Assembly (NCBI RefSeq): GCF_044704955.1
Contig: NC_091999.1
Coordinates: 50,344,001-50,408,000 of the forward strand
Length of the DNA stretch: 64,000 nt
Source of the DNA: Pristiophorus japonicus
Lineage: Eukaryota
Reading direction: 5' to 3'
Of the stretch, positions 1 to 11,696 are shown one piece after another; position 1 is the stretch's first letter, and the number at the start of each line of letters is the position of its first letter. The notes below the pieces were generated by a model. It ran no database searches. It was not told the DNA's origin and worked only from the letters and a program-made list of their open reading frames with translations. The position numbers and the translations under genes were made by a program.

Positions 1-2
1 GG

Positions 3-311
3 GAGAGTCCCAGTGACCCAGAGATGGAGAAACGAAGGAAATCCATCATTTTACTGTTTGTTATATCCGGCAATTTTATGCTCTTATGGGCAGTGTTTCT
101 GTTGTATTCTGTTTTTGAACGATTGTATTCGTTAAACGTTATTCCTGTATCTCTACCTAAATATGTACAGGAAATGGGATTAATGCTTCAGCTCCTGAGT
201 TGCTGCACCAACACATGTATTTATGCCGTGACCCAGACGAAATTCAGAGAGGAGTTGAAGAATGTGGTGAAATATCCCTTTACTGTAATTGTTAAATGCA
301 TTAAATTATAA
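3..311 (+). CDS. 3' part (ICL3-TM6-TM7-C tail) of a GPR139/GPR142-like class A orphan GPCR; 5' part lies outside the window
   Basis: Open frame from the window edge: ESPSDPEMEKRRKSIILLFVISGNFMLLW...QEMGLMLQLLSCCTNTCIYAVTQTKFREELK. Paralogous to the pseudogene at 44499-47379 (LQLLSSCTNTCIYSVIQSKFREEL). Whether the whole gene is intact cannot be judged. Confidence 0.85.
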   Translation, partial: ESPSDPEMEKRRKSIILLFVISGNFMLLWAVFLLYSVFERLYSLNVIPVSLPKYVQEMGLMLQLLSCCTNTCIYAVTQTKFREELKNVVKYPFTVIVKCIKL

Positions 312-1399
312 GAATCACACAATGTTTTGGGCGGGTGTTCTGCCCAATCCGCTCATCTCTGTGATATACACAGAGTGAGGCATGTTTTGATCTTTCACCG
401 CGCGGATTCAGCGACTCACAAAAATGGTAGAGGTGGGGAAGTCCACGGAGATCAGTCCCGTTGGACTCCTGCAGGTTTTATCCCCGCTAAGACGTCTGCT
501 GCGGTTTCGGACGGGTTTATAAAGCTCCCGACCGCTGGGCTCGTGTCGGATGTGTTTACCCAAAGAGAGCGGCACGGTGAAGGTGGCTCTGTTACTTTTC
601 AGTCCACGGGCGGAAGGGCCGCTCAGTCCCCAGCATTCACAGGGAAAGCTGGGGGGAAATGGCCTGGGACCAAACAACAGCCAGGGAGGCAAGGTTTCAA
701 AGGCTCAAAAGGCCAGTGCTTTCATCCTTTTGCAGGCTCCTTGTGTTTTTCTCCAAGTGGGGTTTAACCTGAGCAGCCCCAGCGCCCGGTGATAGCGACG
801 TATCCTTGTTTCAGATAATCTACCTTTGGGATTAACGGGCCTCCTGCAGACGGAGTATCTTCCAGTGAAATTCACCACTATAACGTTCCTTTGTAAGTTT
901 GCCTGAACAATGCGGTGAGCTGCAGGATGAAGTGTTCCCCGCACACACTCGACACACATTAAACTCAGCTCCTCCTCACTCTCTGTAAAATCTCCGTGCT
1001 AAACATAGCCCATAATATGCAGTGTTCAGGGAGGGTGGTAACGAGCTTTGTTGCTCGCTATTGCAGTATGTGTGATGTAATAAAGCAGGGAAACTCACAT
1101 GACACTGTGCCTGAGTATTGTGACATCACAGATCTGCCCTTCTGACCATGCCCTGGTCTGTGGTTGATCCAGAATCGCATTTCAGACATCCCTTCTCCTT
1201 CACACCTCACTTTACATAGAGTTACTTAATGTCTGCAACACCGAAATAGGCCATTCGGTGCTCGCGGCTGCAAACTGGTCTGAGGCCGTTCCCCTGAGGT
1301 TTCACTGGGGGTGCTGGGAGTTAGCAGCCCATCTGCCTGTGGACTGCAAATTTACAGAGCGACCTTCCCCACCCCGAACCTTTCGGCCCAGCAAAGCAT

Positions 1400-3005
1400 G
1401 TCAGAGCTTACTCTATCACCACATCATGATCTTAAACGGAGTGCACAAAGAGAGTGTTAAACTTGGGAACGTAGAGAAAGTGAGATTCAGTGGTAAGTCC
1501 GTGGTGAGTCTGGCTGAGTATTAGCTGTAAAAAGGGACATTTAGATTAACGTTTTGAATTGAACTTAGAACTTTAAATACAGAAGTTAGCAGAAACTGCC
1601 TGTTAGTGGTAGTTAACTATCAGTCAGCTGTAAGTGTTAGTCTTAAATATGTGCTAATTACTGCGAGCAATGGGCATGGAGCTGAGACAGCACTTGTAAC
1701 TTGTGTGTGGCTCCAAAGATATAAAACGAAACACTAACTGCTGATGCACAGTGTGTTCTGCACAGTGATATTAAACGGAATTTGGTGAGAGTTTGAATGG
1801 GAACAGTGGTTGAAGGAGGTGCTGCTTTGGCCTCCAAAATACAGCAGGTTGAATACGTTTGGAGAGTATTACCTTTTTTCTCGAAGCTTGGTCCACACTA
1901 AGACCTGGGAGCAATAACAATACTTTATTAAATTAATAATTTAACTATAATTACTAATTAATTAATATAATTATAAATAACAATTGTCTAAAAACTAAGT
2001 AATTAAATTAATTCAGTGTGTAATAAGCAAATAAATTTATAAAAAATAACTAAAGATGGCAGGGTAGGCAATGAGTCGAGACTGTAGTGTGTGTGAGTTT
2101 GTGGACATCAAATCTGTCCCACATTCCCACATCTGCAATAAATGTGTATTCTTTATTCGCTCTGGCTCAGGGTAATTGGGCTGGAGTGCGAGTTCGACAC
2201 ACTCTGAAACACACAGGAGGAGTGATTTAATCCAGAAAACAGTCACATCCCACAGAAAAGCGCAGGTTCAGGAAAGTCCGTGGTTGATTGGGTGTCGTGT
2301 GGCGAGAACTGAGGAGAGGCTGAGAATGAGACAATGCTCCTGCCCAACGATAGGGATAAAGATTGCGTGGAGGACATCCACAATACATACCAAGGTACGT
2401 GGCTCACAATGTTGTCCACAGACAGAGATAGGAAGAAATATTAAACAACTACTTTGCATCAGTATTTATCAGGGAGTCAACACAGGTGGACATGATATTG
2501 GATGATATTAGAAATGAAATAACTGCATTTAAAATAACAAGAGTACAATATTATGTAAACTAATCAAACCGAAAATGGATAAAATGCCGGCTTCGGACAA
2601 ATTACATCGAGGGAAGAGATAGCAGAGGCATTAATAAACATATTCATTATTTCGCTAGAATAAAGTGCAGTGCCAGAGGATTGGCAGATACCTAATGTAA
2701 TACCAATTTTTAAGAAGTGAGGTAGAACGTGTCTGAGGAACTATAGTCCAGTCAACTTAACGTCGTTGGGAGGAAAAATAATGGATTCCCTACTAAAGGA
2801 GAAAGTGGAAGAACAACTAGAAACCAAAAATGAATAGTCAGCATGGATTATAAAAGGGAAAGTCTTGAATTGACCAAATTCTTTGAATTTTTCGAAGAAG
2901 TAACAGATAGCGTAAACTAACGTAATGTAGTAGATGTAATTTATTTGGATTTCCAAAGGCCTTCGATAAGATACCCCATAATAGACTGAAAGGGCAGATG
3001 ACAAA
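1400..3005 (+). mobile_element. Old CR1 LINE remnant (5' region, ORF1 zinc-finger remnant, ORF2 RT fragments)
   Basis: 2057-2210 encodes a decayed MAG..C..C..E...VP..HIC.KC ORF1 start. 2570-3000 encodes ORF2 pieces (IAEALI, VPEDW, ANVIPIFKK, NYSPVNLTSL) with stops and deletions. Confidence 0.65.
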
Positions 3006-3031
3006 TCGTAATTACAATTAATAATAATAAT

Positions 3032-3522
3032 TGTGATGTTTTAAAATGGAGTTAACAGATTTTTAAAATGGATCCCACAGCCTGTTTTTCAGATTGTGAG
3101 AAGCATGTGTGGAATGCCTTCCACAGAGGAGCAGATGTTCCAATTCATAGAGCAAAGGCCTTGGGAGCTGGGCACAGACACAGATAACATAGAATTTGAA
3201 TTCTGTAATAAGATACAAGTTAAATAAAAAGAATCATAACAACATGTATCCTGAATTACTAATTAAACATATAGAGGCCAGATTGGAGGAAGCAACCTAC
3301 CAGATAATCATGTATTAATCAATCAGCACATATTAATTGTAACTTGCATAATTAAGTAAGACTATAATCTGAAACTGTATAAAATAAGATGTCTCTGGCA
3401 GTTTCTCTGCGCATTCATTCAAGGATAGCTCAACTGGCAGCTTGTATCTTTTATTAATAAAAACTGCATTTACTTTAAGGCAAATGGACTCCGAGTATGG
3501 TTTGAAGTTAACTCGAACAACG
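3032..3522 (+). promoter_or_regulatory. Putative 5' LTR of the ERV
   Basis: Begins TG (TGTGATG) where the CR1 remnant stops. TATAAAA at about 3378, AATAAA at 3456-3461. Ends AACAACG (probably a mutated CA) directly before the PBS. No second LTR is present to confirm the boundaries. Confidence 0.6.
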
Positions 3523-3540
3523 CGGCGCAGTCAGCAGGAT
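3523..3540 (+). promoter_or_regulatory. Primer-binding site complementary to the tRNA-Ser 3' end
   Basis: CGGCGCAGTCAGCAGGAT matches TGGCGTAGTCGGCAGGAT at 15/18. The latter is the complement of the tRNA-Ser 3' end plus CCA, as seen in the Ser genes at 17405 and 20785. Confidence 0.75.
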
Positions 3541-5764
3541 CTACTGGACGGGCAGATTAGACTCAAAAAGCCAAACCAACCGAATAACGAGTGAGCAGAT
3601 AATTACCTTGAGAAATTCTCCTCGCAAAGTAAACAGAGATCCAACGAATCTGAGGTAGAGTCCATGCAGCCAGTAAATCCAGTTGAGGGGTGCGTCAGGA
3701 CACTGTAAATAAAGACTGTAAGTTTTGGTACAACAAGTACGTATACAGGAAAAGAGCTTCAGTGTAAATAGTCCCACATAAGTAAAAGCGGAAAAACAGC
3801 ACTAGGTAAAAAGCCTTGGTTTAAAAAGTTCTGCTTAAGTAAAGATGGTAAAAGAGGAACTGGGTAAAAAGCCCCAATGTATGAAATGGCAAAGGAATCT
3901 GCCAAGGCTCTTGGACGGCTGAGTTATAAACTACCAGAATAGTTTCTGAGAGAAAAATCTGAAAATGTCATGAAGATGGTTAAGGCAGGATATGATGAAG
4001 GGAAAAAGATCATTTTAAAAGTCGGAAAGATGAATAGAAAGAGACCCGAAGGTGAGATGGACAGCGAAAGTGACAAAAGACCACAGGATGTAAGTATAAA
4101 AATAGATATAGATGACAGAAGCGAATGGACAGAGGAATTTGGCCCAAATTTGTATCCCCCACTAATAGGGTTATGATTAGGACCTGAGGAAAATAAAGTA
4201 TTGATTGGGGGCCAGAAGGCTCGCTTAGTAGATATTTTCCCGAAGTCCACAACAAAAACTATTAGTGACTTTCTTAAGTGAAGTGTGGATACAAAAATAG
4301 AGCCGGCCAAACAATAAGCTTTGTTGAATGAAGAGAGATTTTTGGGATTGTCTGTCTTTGAATGAAAGTGCTTGTGTGATTTTGGACTTCGGAATATTTG
4401 AGTTGGGAGTTAATGAATTTTTCAGGTGTCTGAAAGCCTGCTTCAGAAAGTGGTAGAGCTATCTGTTGTTATGGCCCCACCCACTTTTTCAGACAGAGTG
4501 AATTTGTTTTAACCCTTTGCAGTGTTGTCCTGTATGAAGGAAGTTTTAAGAAAGTGTGAACCTAGAATTGAATTACATTTTAATTTAGAAACCCAGGTGT
4601 GGATTTATTCAGATGATATGTTATGGAGCTAGGAAATGCACAAAGGATAGGTTTGTTGAGCAAAATATAAAAAATGTGTGGTCCCGATGGTTTAAAAAAA
4701 AATTTTCGACACGCTCATTTGTCAAAAGAAAACATGTAATCATTGATTACATTTGTTTGAAAGACAATACATTTAGTCTAGGAATGAGATAATGAACGGA
4801 GAAGGGAAATTGTAATGCCTTAAAAAAGAATCCTGCGTGGGTGTCTCAAGGCTGCGTGCTTGGGAAGTACGCCCCCATATTTCTTTGTGTAAAATCATGA
4901 TACGAAAGCTTCGAGCTCAGTAAAAATATTTTTAAATAAAAGATTGGCATATTTGAGTTGGGATTTTGAGATATTTCTGGTGATTCTCCTTGATAAACAT
5001 TTTGGTTGTATTGGAAAATCTTGGGTTTGGAAAGACTTTTAATAAAAGTAAACATACTGCGTCAGACGCTGAAGCTCAAAAAGATTACATTTATGAGATG
5101 CTGTATCACAAAATTGAAGTTACACCGCAAAAGATTAGAGTTTTTGATGTTCAGCTTCTAAAACAGAAGTTTGGCACGTAATTATAAAACAAGTACTTTG
5201 CATTCTGTGATCTATGAATCACTACAAAGAATAAATGATAAGTCCGATTAAAAAACAGTATTACCATATTTGACATTTCATAATCCAACAATAAATACAA
5301 ATACTACAAAAGGGGAGCAGAAATCAGGATGGGAGCAGTGAAGAGTTAATTTTGTTGTGAATATTTCAAGTACCACTGTTTAAGAAAATACACAACAAAA
5401 TGAAATACATTTAACATAAAAAGTTAAATCTGATCTCATAAAAAAAAAAAAAAACTATAATGGTTGAAAACAATATAGAAATACCTTCAGGGATCAGGTC
5501 AAACTCCTGGGCAAGTGGGGAGCTATCTGCGAAAGGGTAAAAGGAATTTTGAAAAAAATTAAATGTTAAAACGGCAGTCTTTAGCAGTTTAGAACAAAGG
5601 AAAATATAAGTTGAACTTGTGACTTCAGATACAGTGATTGAAGAACCACAGAAAGTGAGACGTAAAGGCTTTGAAACTGGAACATTTGAGATAACGGAAA
5701 GCAGCAATCAAAGCATCCGTGCTAGACTCTGTTCCAGTTATGGAAAAATCATTTAAGATAACGG

Positions 5765-6017
5765 AAAGCAGGATTTAAAGTAAATCCCAAAAAGGCACAA
5801 ATCGGACAAGCTGTGGTACAGTACCTGGGACATGAAATATCCCAAGGAACTCGGACCATGTCCAATGACAGGAAGGAGGACATTAGGATTATGCCAAGAC
5901 CAAAACCAGCCTGAGGGTTTTGTAAGGTACTGGGGTTCTTTAGCTATTGCAGGAATTTTGTGCCTAACCACAGCAATTGCAGAACCAATACAGTGGCTAG
6001 TGAAAGGAAAATCCGGT
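5765..6017 (+). pseudogene. pol: Retroviral pol fragment (RT palm/thumb C-terminal region)
   Basis: KAGFKVNPKKAQIGQAVVQYLGHEISQGTRTMSNDRKEDIRIMPRPKPA*GFCKVLGFFSYCRNFVPN, then a frameshift, then AIAEPIQWLVKG. Fits the retroviral G.KV..KKAQ...V.YLG...LG...YCR.F.P pattern. Confidence 0.8.
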
Positions 6018-6308
6018 TGAAATGGAAATGGTAAGACTCTAACTAAAACTGGAATATCCAGGATGTGTTTTATCAACAGAATATAAACGTGATCATCACC
6101 GTCCTTCCGATTCTACAAGGACAAGCTACAAGGCCGCCCCGAGGTTGCCCAGAAGCATTTAACCACAGCGGAGGGTACAACAACTACGTAAAGCAGCCTC
6201 TAGAGGGCGACATCTAAGTATCAGGAGCGTTTGTCTTGAAGCCATAAGATAAGTGTGTAAAAAATGTTACCTGAATAATGTAAACCAGGGGAATTAAACT
6301 TGGGAAAT

Positions 6309-6962
6309 TGCCTGGTAGTTAAACCTGGAACAGAAGTAATGTTGTTATTTGACAATGTGCAGCATGAAATGTTACCTGTGAGCATAAATGTATCAGCCCT
6401 ATACCTGCCAGAAAAAAATTAGCCACAAGACTAAAGCGTTGTAAATACGATTGCTAGACACAATCCTGAGAATAGCTAGTGACACATCAGGAGGAAGAGA
6501 TAACACAAGAAGCTGAGACACAAAGAAGGAAGACAGAGGAGATTTACAGCGAATGACGTATTAACTTTACAGGGACATTTCTAGTAAATGCACCAGATAT
6601 ACAGGCGATCCAGGCACGTGTAGATAGTTTGAGGGGAACAACGGAGGTACTAATCAGGAAACAGGCCAGGATTGGGATAGAATCTTCAGAGTTAGGATCT
6701 AAAACATCCAAAAAAAATGCTAGAGGGTGTATCCGTATTGGAAGGCCATGCACGAACAATTAAAGAGCAAAATAAGCAGGAATTGAGAGGACGATGCCGA
6801 GGACAGGAAAATAGACACATGTCATGCCGATGGTAGATGGCTGATTGGTCAGGTGAGACACAATATGGATCAGATACAAACCGGGCGAGTTACAGGTTCA
6901 ATAAATAGCACCCAGTTGAAAGAAATGGCACAGCACACTGGGCCATTAGATGCATGCACCAT
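6309..6962 (+). pseudogene. env: Retroviral env remnant with furin site and fusion-peptide/heptad region
   Basis: CLVVKPGTEVMLLFDNVQHEMLPVSINVSALYLP; RQRR at 6531-6542 followed by FTANDVLT; frameshift; TGTFLVNAPDIQAIQARVDSLRGTTEVLIRKQ; later TCHADGRWLIGQVRHNMDQIQTGRV. Confidence 0.55.
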
Positions 6963-9900
6963 GAAACATAGAAACATAGAAAAAAGGTTGCAGGAATAGG
7001 CCATTCGCCCCATCGAGCCTGCACCAACATTCAATAAGGTCATGGCTGATCATTCACCTCAGTACCCCTTTGCTGCTTTCGCTCCATACTCCTTGATCCC
7101 TTTACCTCAAGGGCCATATCCAACTCCCGCTTGAATATATCTGATGAACTGGCATCAACAACGTTCTGCGGAAGAGAATTCCACAGGTAACAACTCTCTG
7201 AGTGAAGAGGTTTCAACTCATCTCGGTCCTAAATGGCTTATCCCTTGTCCTTAGACTGTGACCACTTGTTCTGGACTTCCCCAACATCGGGAACGTTCTT
7301 CCTGCATTTAACTTGCCCAGTCCATGCAGAATTTTAAGTTTCTGAGGTCCCCTCTCATTCTTCTAAACTCCAGTAAATACAGACGCAGTCGATCCAATCT
7401 CTCCTCATATGTCAGTCCTACCATCCCGGAAATCAGTCTGGTGAACCTTCGCTGCACTCCCTCAATAGCAAGAACGTCCTTCCTCAGATTAGAACAAAAC
7501 TGAACACATTATTCCAGGTGAGGCCTCACCAAGGCCCTGTACAGCTGCAGCAAGACCGCCCTGCTGCTATATTCAAATCCCCAAGATATGGGGCCAACAT
7601 GCTATTTGCCTTCTTTCTGTCTGCTGCACCTGCATGCCAACCTTCAATGACTGATGTACCATGACACCCGGATCTCGTTGCACTTCCTCTTTTCCGAATC
7701 TGTCGCCATTCAGATAATATTCTGCCTTTGTGTTTTTGCCACCAAAGTGCATAACCTCACATTTATCGTTATTAAAGAAATCTGCCACGCAATTGCCCAC
7801 TCACCGAACCTGTCCAAGTCACTCTGCAGCCTCTTAGCATCCTCCGCACATATCACACCGCCATCCAGCATAATGTCATCTGCAAAATTGGAGATATTAT
7901 GCACAATTCTTTCATCTAATTCATTGATGTATATTGTAAATTATTGGGGTCCCAGCACTGAGCCCTGCGGCACCCAACTAGTCACTGCCTGCCATTGTGA
8001 AAAGGACCCGTTTATCCCGACTCTGTCAACCAGTTCTCTATCCACATCAATACATTACCTCCAATGCCATGTGCTTTAATTTTGCACACCAACCTCTTGT
8101 GTGGGACCTTGTCAAAAGTCTTTTGTAAGTCCCACTGCACCACATCCACTGGTTCTCCCTTGTCCGCTCGACTCGTTGCATCCTCACAAAATTCTAAAAG
8201 ATTTGTCAAGCATGATTTCCCTTTCATAAATCCATGCTGATTTGGACCGATCCTGATAGTGCTTTCCAAATGTGCTGCTGTTTCATCTTTAATAATTGAT
8301 TCCAACATTTTCCCCACCACTGATGTCAGGCTAACTGGTCTACAATTACGTGTTTTCTCTCTCCCTCCTTTTTCAAAATGTGTTGTTACATTCGCTACCC
8401 TCCAGTCCATACGAACTGATCTAGACTTGATGGACTGTTAGAAAATGATCACCAATGCATCCACTATTTTTAGGGCCACTTCCTTAAATATTCTGGGATG
8501 CAGACCATCAGGCCCAGGGGATTTATCGGCCTTTAGTCCCACCAATTTTCCGAACATAATTTCCCACAAATAAGGATTTCCTTCAGTTCCTGCTTCTCAC
8601 TAGCCCCTCGGTCACGTAATATTTCCAGAAGGTTATGCGTGTCTTCCTTCGTGAATGCAGAGCCAAAATATTTGTTCAACTGGTCGACCGTTCCTTTGTT
8701 CCCCATTATAAATTCACCTGAATCTGACTGCAAGGGACCTACGTTTGCCTTCACTAATCTTTTTCTCTTCACATATCTATAGAAGTTTTTATGTTCCCAG
8801 CAAGCTTCCTCTCATACTCTATTTTCCCCCTCCGCAATAAAACGCTTTGTCCTCCTCTGCTGAATTCTAAATTTCTCCCCGTCCTCGGCTTGATGCTTTT
8901 TCTGACCAATTTAAATGCCTCTTCCTTGGATTTAACACTATTCTTTATTTCCCTTGTTAGCCACGGTTGAGCCACCTTGCCCGTTTTATTTTTTTAATCC
9001 AGACAGGGATTTCCAATTGTTGAAGTTCATCCATGTGATTTTAAATGTTTTCTATTGCCTATCGGCCTCAACCCTTTTAAGTATCATTTCCCAGTCTATT
9101 CTAGCCAATTCATGTCTCATACCATCGAAGTTACCTTTCCTTAAGTTCAGGACCGCAGTCTCAGAATTAATTGTTTCACTCTCCACCTTAACAAAGAATT
9201 CTACCTTATTATGGTTACTCTTCCCCAAGGGGCCTCGCACAACAAGATTGCTAATTAGTCCTTTCTCATTACACATCAACCAGTCTAGGATGGCCAGCCC
9301 TCCAGATGGTTCCTCAACATATTGGTCAAGTAAAACATCCCGTATACACTCCAGCAAATCCTCCTCCACAGTATTGCTACCAGTGTGGTTAGGCCAAATT
9401 ATATGTAGATAAAAGTCGCCCAATAAACTTCTGTACCTATATTGCACACATCCCTGCTTTCTTGTTTGATGCTGTCCCCAAACTCACTACTATTGTTTGG
9501 TGATACACAACTCCCACTAGCGTTTTCTTCCCTTTGATATTCCGCAGCTCCACCCACACAGAATCCACGCGAATGTCCTTCCTTACTATTGCGTTAATTT
9601 CCTCTTCAACCAGCAATGCCACCCCACCTCCTTTTCCTTTCTGTCTATCCTTCCTGATTGGTGAATATCCCTGGATGTTGCGTTCCCAGCCTTGGTCACC
9701 CTGGAGCCATTTCTCCGTGATGCAAATTACATCATATTCATTCATTGCTGCCTGTGCAGTTAATTTGTCCACCTTATTACGAATACTCCTCGCATTGAGG
9801 CACAGTGCCTTCAGGCTTGTTATCTTACCGCACCTTGTCTCTTTATAATTTGGCTTCAATGTGGCCCTTTTTGATTTTTGCCTTGGGTTTCTCTGCCCTC

Positions 9901-10250
9901 CACCTTTACTTTTCAGCCCCCATTATACTTCCCTCTGTCTCCCTGCATAGGTTCCCATCCCACTGCCATATTCGTTTAACCCCTCCCCAACAACACGAGC
10001 AAACTCTCCCCCGTGGACATTGGTTCTGCCCAGGTGCAGAGCGTCTGGTTTGCACTGGTCCCAGCTCCCCCTGAACCGTTTCCAATGTCCCAGGAAATTG
10101 AATCACTCCATTCTGCACCACACATTCATCTGAGCTATCCTGCGATTCCTACTCTGACGAGCAGGTGTCAGTGGCAGCTATCCTGAAATTGCTACCTTTG
10201 AGGTCCTATTTGTTAATTTAGCTCCAGGCTCCCTAAATTCAGCTCGAAAT
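6963..10250 (-). mobile_element. CR1 LINE, nearly complete ORF2 (APE endonuclease + RT) plus ORF1 tail, disrupted
   Basis: Minus-strand ORFs include LCLNARSIRNK, ITEKWL, GGGVAL, RPVSLTSVVGKMLE, QHGFMKGKSCLTNLLEF and FADD. 3' (TTCTATGT)n tail at 6963-6980. Confidence 0.95.
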
Positions 10251-10453
10251 TCCTCAGACAGAGTGAGTCAGACTCAAACACAAACACATGAAGACTCTCT
10301 TAACACAGAGAGTGAGAGGCACAGAAACATTGCATAATCCCATTTCTTTGTCAGTTGAGAATGTTATAAAGTTATCGACATGTACAGATTCAACAGAATA
10401 CATTTGCGTATTACTGAGCAGAATGGGAGGAAATCGGTTTCAATTTAAAGATT

Positions 10454-10537
10454 TACCAAGAGTGGGGTATCGAACACACACAGCTACACACCCATTGGAT
10501 TTTACGTCCAACGCCTAAACCACTCGGCCATCCTGGT
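10454..10537 (-). pseudogene. tRNA-Leu(TAA) pseudogene, copy 1
   Basis: Reverse complement begins ACCAGGATGGCCGAGTGGTTTAGGCGTTGGAC. T-arm and variable arm are damaged and U33 is changed to G. Confidence 0.85.
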
Positions 10538-10634
10538 TTTATCAGTATTCGGATTTTGTCTCTGTGAGAATATGGGCTGCAGCTCCACTCTCACAGACAG
10601 AGGTTTTCAATGAGCATTTTCAAATATTTACAGC

Positions 10635-10880
10635 AATATTGACACAGGGGCAATTCTCCTATTCTTTTTCGAGTAATGCTCTGGGAACTTTCACACCCAC
10701 CCAAGGGTGCAGACGGAGCTTCAATTTAACATTTCATCCGAAAGTCAACAGCTTCAACAATGCAAAATTGCCCAAGTACTGTATTTGAGTGTCAGCCAAG
10801 ATTAAATGCTCAAGTCTCAGGAGAAGGACTGACACACACAACCTCCTGATTCAGCCGAGAATGCTGCCACTGAACCAAAT
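10635..10880 (-). mobile_element. Deu-SINE (SacSINE1-like) 5' portion; part of the array unit, also at about 16750-16990, 19125-19360, 22478-22725 and 25891-26140
   Basis: Minus strand reads a tRNA-like head GGTTCAGTGGCAGCATTCTCGG, then GAGACTTGAGCA...GGCTGACACTCA...CAGTACT and the Deu core CTTTCGGATGAAATGTTAAA. Confidence 0.8.
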
Positions 10881-10963
10881 CTCACATCCGTATTACTTTC
10901 CCCAAGTCTTTTTATAAAGTTCCAGGACATTTGAAGCAATATTCAACATTTTGAAAAAGCTCC

Positions 10964-11035
10964 ACCCTCATCAGGGCATTGAACCCCGACCTCACGAGTG
11001 ACAGGAAGGGATACTAACTACTACACGAACGAGGA
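10964..11035 (-). pseudogene. tRNA-Asp(GTC) pseudogene, copy 1
   Basis: Reverse complement TCCTCGTTCGTGTAGTAGTTAGTATCCC..CCTGTCAC..GGGGTTCAAT. Anticodon GTC is retained, the stems are mismatched, and a T5 terminator lies just downstream. Confidence 0.85.
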
Positions 11036-11696
11036 ACTGACGGGCATTTGCTTTGTCAGAGCAGGAATCGAGCTGTGAACAGAACTGGACAACATGAGAA
11101 GTCGACAGGCACATTGAGAGACAGAGACAAACCGACAAACAGGGAGAGACAGACAGCGAGATAGAGACAAAGTGAGACAGAAAGTATGAGACTGAGAAGG
11201 AGAGGCAGACTGAGTGAGAAAAAGACTCAAACACACACATATACAGATATGTGTGTGTATGTGCTCTTTAAAGAGAGAGAGGGAAAGAATGAGAGAAAGA
11301 CAGTGACAAAGAGAGAGACAGAGAAAGAGTGAGTGACAGATCGAGAGATAGGCACAGATATAAACAGAAAATGATGAAACAGCAGGTTAGAGACAGGAAC
11401 TAACAGAGACAGGCAAAGAGAGAGACAGGTACAGACATGGACAGACAGAGAGGTTGGGAATGAGAGCGACAGTCAGACAGAGAGACTGAGAGAATCCCAT
11501 TGGAACAGAACTGGACATCGTGAGAAAGAGGCAGATAAGTTGAGAGACAGGGAAACAGGAGGAAGGTCAGACTGAATAACAGAATGCCTCATACACGTAC
11601 ATATACAGAGATGTGTTTGTGTGCTCCATAAAGAGAGGGAGGCAAATAGTGATGGAATGACAGGGACAAAGACAGGAGCAAAGAGAGAGACAATTC

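Larger units (their letters stand above)
3032..6962 (+). mobile_element. Decayed, internally deleted endogenous retrovirus (5' LTR-PBS-gag-pol-env remnants); 3' end and 3' LTR missing
   Basis: LTR-like segment followed by a tRNA-Ser PBS; gag-like LYPPL; RT C-terminal motif block; env-like region with RQRR furin site. Truncated at 6963 by a CR1. Confidence 0.75.

Noticed and set aside
327-959. GC-richer ORFs after the first GPCR as a gene
   Set aside because: Overlapping ORFs on both strands with no recognisable domain or splice structure; probably an unclassified repeat.
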